23,447 nt of DNA, taken from the NCBI GenBank assembly GCA_016840855.1, contig JAEORO010000041.1, forward strand, positions 1 through 23,447, read 5' to 3'. This DNA comes from Candidatus Thorarchaeota archaeon. GTDB lineage: Archaea; Asgardarchaeota; Thorarchaeia; Thorarchaeales; Thorarchaeaceae. Numbering within the stretch: position 1 is the first letter of the stretch; each line of letters starts with the position of its first letter. The notes below the pieces were generated by a model that worked only from the letters and a program-made list of their open reading frames with translations, was not told where the DNA came from and did no database searches. Below, one piece after another: positions 1 through 10,300 of this stretch. Both the position numbers and the translations under genes were made by a program.

Positions 1-3000
1 GTAACATTTTCAAGGAAGGGAGTGTTACCTGGCGTCTTGATTATCCGTATCTGCGTAGGACGCTCAACAACGTTTGCTGAGATTGTTCTTAAAGAAGAAC
101 GATAATACGGCGCTCCACTAAATGAAACAGATACATTGAGTTGATAGGTATCTGGAGGACCGAGAGCCGATGTATCGACTTCAATCAGGTATTCACCAAG
201 CCCATTATCAGTAACCCAATAATCAGCTCCAAGCACTAGAGTGAGTGGATCACTACTAACTTGTACTGTTGCTCCAGAGATTCCTGTTCCGGTTGTGTCA
301 TCGCTGTAAGTAATTGTAAATGTTAGAATAGTTAGGTATGGTGCGTTATCTGGACTCTCATATCCAATCTGCGTCGATCTTTCAAGAACAGTGAATGCAA
401 AGTACTCAAAAGCGTCACTTACATACGAAGCGCCACTATAGACTATGCTTGCATTGATGTAATATAATTGAGGTACACCAAGTATTGATGAGTTAATAGT
501 AACTATGAAGTGCCCATCAGCTATTGGAGTTACGCTGTAGGATGCAGGATCCACATCTAAAGTAAGGGCACCTGACATTCCTAATGTACTTCCAGATATG
601 AGATCCGTATAGACAAACTCGATTGTGACATTGTTACCCCACTGACCAGGAGTAAACGGTAGATGCGTCAACTGAGAGCTGCGTAGTAAGACAATTACAA
701 CAAATTGCTGGTTTTGGACATCAGTATAGAAAGGCGCACCATCCCAAGTTAGATTGAGATGTAATGTTATCGGACCCACACCACCCAAGGTTGTGGTGTT
801 AATCACTATGGTAAACTCTTTAGTAATTGCATTAAAGGAATATGACCAATCGACACCTACTTCATTGATATTAATGCTCAACGAGGGAGAATCAGCTATT
901 TTCTTGGTTCGAATCGAATCAACAAAGGAAAATACTAGATCTGCATCCTCACCATAGGAAGTTGGAGGAACTTGAGTATAGTCCACATAGGTTGGTCTTT
1001 CGAGAACCATCAGAAATACATTGATTGTTTGATTCTCGTAGAATGGTAAAGCTCCACTCTTCCATAGAAAGGCAATCTCAACCTCGAACATTCCTATTCC
1101 TTCTAGATTGGTGCTGTTCAGTTGGAAGCTATAATACACGGTCGGACCGTTAATGAGGATTTCAAGGAAGAAATCGTTACCTGTGACTGGATTTGTGCCA
1201 ATTGGTGTGAATGATATTGATACAGCACCTGTGGCATTCGAGATATAGGTGGAATTAATGAGATCATAGTACACAGCCGAGAAAGTGAAATTATCCAAAT
1301 AGTAGGTTGCAACAGGGGCTGTTTCTAGATAAAGATCTGTCTGAGTTCCAACCAATCTAAATGAGGGGTTTAATGATTTGGGCTGAAGCTTCAGTACTGG
1401 TCCCGTCCAACTAATTTGGATTGAGAAGTCTTTCCAACCAACTGTTGACCATTGTGATGTTGGAACAGTGATGTTGTAATGCCCTGACCCTAAATCAGTG
1501 ACTATGTAGGTCAAAGAAGTAATGCCAGGTGTTGTTACAGAGATGTGAATATAGCCAGAGCTGTTATCTATACCAGTACCAAGATCTGTATCAAGATAGT
1601 AAACAAGTATGTAGGTATCAACGCCATAAAATGTCTGCGAAATTGGTTCATCGAGTGTGAACAATGTTGTGTGGGATCTAACAGTTACAGTAATTGAGAT
1701 TGTATGATTTTGCATCATTGCACCTGAGAAGGTCACTTTGACTGCCGAGCTACCGAGAGGTGTCGAATCAGTCGTAAGTATAGTCAGGATATACGTCCCA
1801 GGTGTTGTTTCAAGAATGCTGTATGAACCAGTCCAGTCGCACAAGATTGTATCATTCAAACCAGTCAATGGAGTGTTATGGTCTGCATCTGTCCATTTGA
1901 AGCTCAATGAACGTGCTTCGCCAACTGGTATGTTCACAACGTTCTGCAGATATGTTACCTTTGTGTACAGCTCACGAACCTCAACATAGAGTAGATACTT
2001 TTGAGGTAGGATGTATGGAGCGGTGCCTGTGATCTCAACCACATAGTCACCCATGGCAGTAAATGTCGTGTTCAACCAGAACAAGTAACTACCAGGAGAA
2101 CCAGCTACAGGCGTAACGCTGTAGTAGCTAGACCAGTTACAGTCGAGCGAACCGGTGACAATGGGGGATCCAAGATAGTCTTCGAATCCCATTCTAAATG
2201 AACCATTATATCCATATGGTATTGATAGACCTGGAGAGTCTGGAGCTTCTAATACAAGATTTCCGTCGAAATTGAGGTTTATTGTAAGTACGTCTTGAAC
2301 AGTATCGAAGTGTGGGTGTGTCCATTCAATATTGAGTGTATATTGCCCCTTCTGTGGCAAATCACCAGAGTCAAGAGTAATTAGATACTCTCCATTACCT
2401 CCTTCTCCAAAGTATTTTGTACCTGTTGTCCAGTTATAACTCATCTGTCCACCTGACACAGTAACTCCAGAAATATCAGCATCATTGATGCGTATTCTGA
2501 CCAAGAAAAGATCGGGGTATGTAACATTAGTAATCCATGTCGAAACAGCATCGGTGGGATTCAGTAGAGTTGACGTTGATGCATGAATAATATTGAATGT
2601 TCGCTGGAAGAATCCTGTCTTATTCCAACTAGAACCTCCAATACTGTTGTTACAGAATGCTTGGATAAGCCATTCTCCTGCAGAAGCATTAGTACCAAAC
2701 GTCAACATTCTTGAATTTGCATAACCAGTACTGTTCACAGGAACAATCTCAGAATACCAGCTTGTGCCAGAGGGTGAGAATAAGGTTATGTTTACGTCCA
2801 CGCCTGCAAATTGAGCACCTACATTGACTCCGAAATACGCGGTATCATCAGCCCGAAGATCAACGCTTCTCGCAGAGGTTCCTACCGTGGCACTGGTCAT
2901 GAGTAAGTCTGTGATCATGTTAGCACCTTTACTCTTAATGAGCCAGTACCCCCACCTATCGAGATACGGATATGCAGTGATGTTTGCATACCACTCAGGA

Positions 3001-4388
3001 CCATGTCCCTCATCCCAAGACGAGATGTTCAAAGTTGTAAGTAAAGGCGAACCAACAAAGTACACGTCTCGATTTTCTGGTAAAGAGATATTGAAGTAAT
3101 ATCTGTTGTCATACCCATCAGGTATATCAGCGAAGAACCATGTCATGTATTCAACTACGGTGGAGTTTGTTGTTACAAAATTCTCTCCAAACGCAGATGG
3201 ATCTTGTGTTGTAAGTGTTGTTGATAAAGTCCTAGCGTAGAGATTAGTTTCTACATTGAAGTCAACCCATATATTACGATCTGGATTTGGTGTAGATGGA
3301 GTTGAACTCCAAGAAAAGGACACATCAACTGGACTAGCTGTCCATGTTGGTGATGGGATTTGAGTCACGTTACCTAAACCAGGAATTGATGTACCACCAA
3401 TATCATAATCATTTACATCAAGTCCATTCATTTTTAGGTTGACATCACTCGGATTTGCCTTTGTTTTTAGGTATAGTTCTACATTATCGACGCGGGCATA
3501 TGGGTCAAGATCGGGACTGTAGTTGACTGTTTGTTGGCTATACAAGCCTACCGTTAACATTACACCATCAGACAAATCAAAAAAGGATAAATCAGGCAAG
3601 ACAATTAAACCGCTATCATACCAAGTCTGAACAGCTTCTACTTCACCAAATGATTTCTGCCAAACCCGTTGCGCATAATCATTTGTTTCTATTGAAACAA
3701 ATATGGCTACAAACCCATTTGGTCCCCAAGCTGGATCGGTGTCAATCCAATAGTCAAGCCTAAATCCAGCCCACACAACATCACCTCGATCAACTGTGAA
3801 AGTTTGTTGAGCCCATGCTCGCTCCTCGAAATATGGATCACCACCTTCTGCGATTTCAAACTGAACACAGTCATCACCTACTCCGTGACCATCATTCAAC
3901 CAGGTTGCAGAGGGAGCAGCCCCACCCCCAAGACTTACTTGGTTTAGAGTCCAACTTGAAGGACTATTCTCCATATCTGGATCCTGAACCCAAGTTCTGT
4001 TTTCAGTCAAATCTGTTATTTCAACAAATAGCTCATGGCCTTCCCAGCCAGTCCCAATAGGGACAGCAACTGACGTATTGCTAGTACTACTATTGGATGC
4101 AAAGTATCTCATTTGGTTGTCACTAAAGAAATCACTTCTGTTACCATAAGCTTGAGCAGGTAATCCAGATGAAACACCTGACCACATGGTCCAACCTTGT
4201 TGGGAAAGCGAATAATACGGTTTAGATTCAATTAGAGGAGTTGATACACTTTGTGCTTCTTGAAGGGTCTCTGAATTTGATGGTAATAGGATATTTGAAG
4301 TTTGTAAGATTCCAATTGCATTTAATGTATTAAAGACCATTAGAAATGTGATGAGCATCAAGAATGGTAGTTTAAACTTAGGCTTCAT
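1..4388 (-). CDS. Giant secreted cell-surface protein B (partial, >1462 aa, 3' end beyond the window); paralog of 4385..12094
   Basis: Absent from the ORF track, consistent with having no stop codon in the window. Manual translation from ATG 4388 gives MKPKFKLPFLMLITFLMVFNTLNAIG (signal peptide)...VPIGTGWEGHELFVEITDLTENRTW, matching VPLGPLWEGTDMFINVSDLQENRTW in protein A. The same frame at positions 3-62 reads RPTQIRIIKTPGNTPFLENV, matching RYATISVTRSPLTTPFLEIV in A. SD AGGAGGG lies 8 nt upstream. Confidence 0.95.
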   Translation of the reverse strand, partial: MKPKFKLPFLMLITFLMVFNTLNAIGILQTSNILLPSNSETLQEAQSVSTPLIESKPYYSLSQQGWTMWSGVSSGLPAQAYGNRSDFFSDNQMRYFASNSSTSNTSVAVPIGTGWEGHELFVEITDLTENRTWVQDPDMENSPSSWTLNQVSLGGGAAPSATWLNDGHGVGDDCVQFEIAEGGDPYFEERAWAQQTFTVDRGDVVWAGFRLDYWIDTDPAWGPNGFVAIFVSIETNDYAQRVWQKSFGEVEAVQTWYDSGLIVLPDLSFFDLSDGVMLTVGLYSQQTVNYSPDLDPYARVDNVELYLKTKANPSDVNLKMNGLDVNDYDIGGTSIPGLGNVTQIPSPTWTASPVDVSFSWSSTPSTPNPDRNIWVDFNVETNLYARTLSTTLTTQDPSAFGENFVTTNSTVVEYMTWFFADIPDGYDNRYYFNISLPENRDVYFVGSPLLTTLNISSWDEGHGPEWYANITAYPYLDRWGYWLIKSKGANMITDLLMTSATVGTSARSVDLRADDTAYFGVNVGAQFAGVDVNITLFSPSGTSWYSEIVPVNSTGYANSRMLTFGTNASAGEWLIQAFCNNSIGGSSWNKTGFFQRTFNIIHASTSTLLNPTDAVSTWITNVTYPDLFLVRIRINDADISGVTVSGGQMSYNWTTGTKYFGEGGNGEYLITLDSGDLPQKGQYTLNIEWTHPHFDTVQDVLTINLNFDGNLVLEAPDSPGLSIPYGYNGSFRMGFEDYLGSPIVTGSLDCNWSSYYSVTPVAGSPGSYLFWLNTTFTAMGDYVVEITGTAPYILPQKYLLYVEVRELYTKVTYLQNVVNIPVGEARSLSFKWTDADHNTPLTGLNDTILCDWTGSYSILETTPGTYILTILTTDSTPLGSSAVKVTFSGAMMQNHTISITVTVRSHTTLFTLDEPISQTFYGVDTYILVYYLDTDLGTGIDNSSGYIHISVTTPGITSLTYIVTDLGSGHYNITVPTSQWSTVGWKDFSIQISWTGPVLKLQPKSLNPSFRLVGTQTDLYLETAPVATYYLDNFTFSAVYYDLINSTYISNATGAVSISFTPIGTNPVTGNDFFLEILINGPTVYYSFQLNSTNLEGIGMFEVEIAFLWKSGALPFYENQTINVFLMVLERPTYVDYTQVPPTSYGEDADLVFSFVDSIRTKKIADSPSLSININEVGVDWSYSFNAITKEFTIVINTTTLGGVGPITLHLNLTWDGAPFYTDVQNQQFVVIVLLRSSQLTHLPFTPGQWGNNVTIEFVYTDLISGSTLGMSGALTLDVDPASYSVTPIADGHFIVTINSSILGVPQLYYINASIVYSGASYVSDAFEYFAFTVLERSTQIGYESPDNAPYLTILTFTITYSDDTTGTGISGATVQVSSDPLTLVLGADYWVTDNGLGEYLIEVDTSALGPPDTYQLNVSVSFSGAPYYRSSLRTISANVVERPTQIRIIKTPGNTPFLENV

Positions 4389-7300
4389 TCGTCCATCCCT
4401 CCTATCTCTTCAAGAAGTGCTTCAATCTCCGACTTTGATAGATTCCGGGCTTGTTCTATCATAAGATCGGCTTCGGTTTCTTCAATACCCATCTTAATCA
4501 GACGCTCTCTCAAGTGCAGCAGCTCTTCTTCAGACAGACGTTCTTCAACTACTTCAGATGGCGCGCCTTCTTCCACAATCTTTTCAGCTTCAGCAAGCTC
4601 CCGAGCTCGTCGAGATCGCTCCTGCTTGAGAACTTCGTTGATGAATCCAGCTCGTTCACTTGGTCTCATCTTGTCAAGATCTTGACGTAGAGTGTCAATG
4701 TCATCAGGAGTAAGACCTACTACTGTCGCCAATTGTTCAAGTAGTTGCTCGACATCCATGATGGTTACATCAACTGTTGACAAAGAAATGTCGTCAACGG
4801 TCTTCATAATTCCAACTTTCTTTAGATCCTCATTCATCATTGCTAGAAGCATTGAGCGTCTAAGCGGGACATCTGCGGGCTTTGGTATCATTCTACGTTC
4901 TAGAGTTCTAATCATTCGTCTTATGATACGTAATAATTTCGGCACTGAAAGAACTCTGAAATACAATGCACCTAAAGCTGCGATTAAGAGGACGAGAATA
5001 GTACTGATCCTAAAACCTGAAACCAATGCTTCTTGTTCAGGACTCAAATCTGTGTAGATATCAAACTCAACAGTTGCCGATTGGTAGTCATTTTTACTAA
5101 ATATGATTTGAAGTCTATAATAAGCTAAATCTGGGGCACGGAATGCTAGTGTATACGTGCCATTTCCATGGTTTATATCCAGACTTGTTTCGTGAATAAG
5201 ATCTGAAGTCGCTAAGCTACTTCTTGATACGACGGTTATTTCAGCATCAGAAATTGCTATGGAATGGTCTGTGTCAAAGTAGGTTACGTTAATCAAGAAT
5301 ACACGACCAACAAAAATCAGAGAAGGAAGCGCAGTAGTTGTTAATTCTGTAGCAATCTCCCGAATAGTCAAGAAAAATTCAATTTCACCACGAGAGTAGT
5401 TACCTCGAGATATGGATATTCGTATTTGATAGGGTGAAGCTCTATCCTGCAAAGGTGTGGCTAGATTTGCTTCATCAGGACCAAAAGCGTAGGAGCCATT
5501 GTGAAGGTTAGTCAATTGAACTGTACCAAATTCCCAATAAGCTGTCGCCAGACCATCTTCAATCCATTCACCGTTAAGATCATCCCAGAATCCGAACAGC
5601 ATTGTATAATCATCGTATACAGCAAATTCCGCTTCTAATTCACCCATAATTATTGTTCTAATTGGATTTACAAGAAGCTTCAATAGAGTTGAAGCAAATC
5701 GGAAGTTTTCTTTTCGGAACGAAACTGAAATGTCATGGGGTATACTTCCAGCACGAACTAATGATGTATTCAAAGTAAGAGAGTATGTGCCATTTCCATA
5801 ATCTATGAGAGAACCTTTGAATTGTTCCAAAGTATAGTTGGTAATTGCGCCAGGTATTCCTTCATTAGAATGTGTATCATTGAAGAATAGTCGAAATGTG
5901 ACTTCTTCACCATAATATGCATTGAGAGTTGCGGATGTAATGAGTACAATGTCAGTTTCAACAACCTCAACAGCTAATGTGAATTGAATTGAAGAAGGTG
6001 TATAACCAGGCTTAGCACTTGAAATAATGACTGTCCATTCCTGCACGCCAAGTGGTGTTGTGTCTATAAGCGCGCAATAATAACCGGGTGTTGCAAGTTC
6101 AGATAAATTACCGACTAATGGACCCACACCAAATGATAGAATCGCTTCAGAAACAAAAGTGTTCAAATCTGTGTTGTTAAGGTAGACTGTGATATTTGCC
6201 AAATCACGATAGTTTACAGTCACTATGAAATCTGAAATAGCAATAAGACTTGTAGAAAGTTCTGTAATTTCTATTGTTAGTTGCATGCTTCTGCTCTTGT
6301 AGTTTGCAGAGGATGCTTGAATGAGAATTTGATGAGTTCCCACAGGTACACCTGATACAATAAACTCAACTACATACTTACCATCGAGTACAGACCAGAC
6401 AAGCTGACCAGATCCTCCAATCCAGCTATAGGTTACAAGTCCATCAACTATTGGGGAACTATTGGAGTATAGAAGGTAGTCTATCTCAATTCTGACAGGT
6501 AATCCGTTGACTGTTGAGAGCGGGTCAAGCGAACCTGAAATCTTCGATGCAATTTTATCAATACGTATCTGGAAATCTCTCTGTCTTGTTTCATAATTCA
6601 GTAAGAATGAACTAACTGTAATTGTATATTCACCAGCACCAATTTGCCAGCTCTGGATAGTACAGGTATAAAGGCCACTCCCTACTGATGTCATATTGAC
6701 TGCAATTGAAGATATGGTAAGATTGACATACGCACCATCAATGGGACTTCCATTTCTTGCATCGGTAATATTTGCCTGAAAATCAATAGGATCGCCCCAA
6801 AGTGGATTTGTTGGAACGAATGAAAGCTCTATTTGAACTGGAACTGCAGCTAATAGGATATCCGCTAGAATTGTCTTATTTTGGTGTAGATACTTTGAAG
6901 CAGATATTGAAAATGAATACAACCCTGCATCCATACCGGATGTCTGGATTATCATTTCATATACACCAATATCAATCATGCTTATTGTTGCTATTGTTGG
7001 ATATGTTGAGTTCCAGTTGCTAGTAATGTTGGCATCTGGAATTCCAACACCAAATTCGATTGCAGTGTATGTGATGTTCGCATGAATCTCATCGCCAAGA
7101 TAGTAGATTACCCCCTGCGGGAGCGTGAAACTGAGAGTTGTTGATACTGAATTTACAACAACAGAGAAACTAAGGTTTGTGACATTCGTATAGAATGGAG
7201 TTCCATACCAAGAGATATTGACAGTGAAATAGTATCTCCCTAATCCATACAAAGTTGTGGTATCTACAAGAATCTGATACGTCCCATCTCCTTTATCACT

Positions 7301-10300
7301 AATCCAACTGGTGAAACTCGTTGAATTTACAGAACCAACGGAAACGTCGGCTCCAGCTATACCGCTTCCAGTAAGGTAGTCACTATAATAGATCAGGGTG
7401 CTGATATTGAAGAAATAATATGCTGGAGGTGTTGACAAAACTGAGGCTTGTGTAAATCTCGTCGAGATTGTCACTTGCGTTGTCGTTGTTGAATTATCAT
7501 AATACGGTGTAACATCACCCCAATGGAATAAAATCGTAATTGGATATGCATCAACAAGTTCTGAGGTCAATAGAGTGGAACTAAATGATATTAAGTAAAA
7601 ACCATTCTGATCAGTTAGTGTGTACTCAGAATCAAGAATCTGTGTGCTACCACCATGAGTTAGAGTCAATACAGATTTTGTGAGTGGTATTCTTGTACCA
7701 TTTACATCATCAACTACGGTTATTTGAAACTCGACAATTTCGAGGAAAGGTGTAGTCAGAGGTGATCGAGTTACAGAGATTGTTGCGTATCTTCTTACAA
7801 CATCAATGGAAACATCTATGATTCTGCTCCGGTAGAATGGGACCCCTGCTTTACTTGCTGAAACTGTAATTGTATATTGACCAAAGTTACCGAGAGCAAG
7901 GGTTGAAATTCTTATGCGATAGTCTCCACTTGGGAGGGCATCAACCCAGTAGTTGATTCCTAGCTGGAGTGTTGCATTTACACAGGTCGCAGTTATTGTT
8001 GCTCCAAGAATGGATGCATAGGTGTTATCATCAATGTATGATACAATGATCACAGCTTCCTCTAAGAAAACAGCAAGTGATGGAACTTCGCTCGTTAATT
8101 GAGTTCTTCTCTGAATTAGAGTTAGATAGAAGAAATCGTTGGCATTGTAACAAAAGTTTGTTCCCGTGTAAGCTATGGACGCATTCACTGTAAAGATACC
8201 TAGAGATGGAAAGACGCTTGTATCAAGTGTGACAGTATAAGTACCATCCATATTGTTGTCGACATCATAGAAACCAGTGAGTGATGCGTCAAGCGTCAAT
8301 GTTCCAGTACTCAATAGAGATTGGCCATCAAGATCCCTGTAAGTAAATATGATAATCAATTCATTCCCATATTGAATTGATGTGTATGAGCCATGTTCGA
8401 GATTTGTGTACCGATTCCGTATTGATATGGAAATCTGAATGTTTGTACGATTCTGATAATAGGGAGATCCAGACCATTCAACATCGAGATGGAATGTATA
8501 GGTACCTACATTGTTCCACCATGTAGTATCAAGTGTAAGGACGAACTGCTGAGTACCCGCTAAATATGTTGAAGCAATGAGAAGGCCGACTTCCTGAACT
8601 TCATAGCTAAGTTGTGCATCATCAGGAATTCGTGAACCTGAAAGTACATCAATGTAGGAGAAAGTTAAGTTAACCTCATCACCATATGGGACTGTTGGCA
8701 AGGGACTCCATAACACACTAGTTTGTCGATATCGAGTAAATACTGTTATTGCTAAGGTTCGATTCTCATACAGTGGTAGCTGGCCATCTGTCCAATTTGC
8801 ATAGATACGAAGCTGGCATCCAATAATTCCGCTCAAATAAATAGTGTCAAACGAAATCCGATATTCTCCATTACCTAATTCTGTGATAGCCATTAGACTC
8901 TGCGTTAAGGTTTGCCCAGGTGTCAACACATCTATGAAGAAATGGACATTGAGAGGGTATGCACCTGTGCTATTTGTAACACCTGTACTGTTGCTCACAT
9001 CCCAATACACAACTGAAAATGTAATATTCTCTCCATAAGGCGTTGCAATCGGATTTATACCAATATACAGGTCTGTTGGGCTCCCAGCAACCCTTGCCCG
9101 AACGTTGAGGACCTTATTGTCATGTTTGGGTTGTGGTCCGGTCCAATTCGCATAAACGACAATGTCTTTCCATCCAATTGAGCCCCACTGATCTGCTCCG
9201 ATTCTTATAATGTATTGACCTTGTTGACTTCCATTTACTACAGTGAATTGTAGCAATGGTATTCCAGGAGCTTCTGCATAGATTAGGACATCATTACCAA
9301 TAATGCCAGTTTGGGTAGTGATATCAAAATAAAGGACATAGATTGTGATTTGGCCAGTATATGGTGTGGGTTCAATAGGATTATCCAAAGACAGAGAGGT
9401 TAGGTGGGTGACGATATTAATACCAATATCAAAGGTGTGATTCTGATAAGCAAAACGATTGACATCAAAAACAACTGTAAAACCTTGTATAGGATCAGAA
9501 TCAAGGGAGTTGAAGGTTATATCATACTCTCCAGGAGCACTCATCACGATATTATAATCGGACCAATTACAAGAGATTGAACTCTCAGCACCGGATATTG
9601 GGAGATCATGGTCGGTATCCCAATATGTTAGCGTAATGGTTTCTTGATATCCGACTGGTAATGCCAGAATACTTTGAGATACAGATACAGATGTGAAAAT
9701 TTGTCTAACTTCAACAAAAAGGAGAACCTTCGAAGTGATATAGTAGTCTTTCTGTGCAGTGACAATAATGGCGTAGGTGTCTAGGTCTGAATTGTTAGTT
9801 GTGATTGTCAAAGTGTAATTACCGGGATCTCCAATTACTGGATCGATCGAGTATGATGAGTCAGTCCAATTACAATAAAGAGCAGCATTATCGATACCAT
9901 CACCTTCAGAGTCAGCGTAGAAGAGTTGAAGTATTGCATTATCACCACGTGGAACCTGTACACCAGGTGCACTTGCTGACTTTAGTGTTGTTTTTTCAAC
10001 AACATTGATGACAAAGAATCGTTGAAGAGGGTCAAAATACGTTTTACTCCAAGTTATGCTAATCACATAGCGTCCCGGAAGCCCTAAGTCTCCGGTATTA
10101 AGAACGACACTATACTCCCCTGTGCCCATATCATTTAGAGGATGGGTGCCTGTTGTCCAATTATATGAGGCAGACCCCCCAGGTAGTAGGAATCCATTAT
10201 CTGAATCGTTAACACCAATTTGGAGAAGCATGTCCTGACCATATGTAAGATTTCGTTCCCATGTCAGTATTGATTCTCTGGGATAGGCAATGTACATGTC

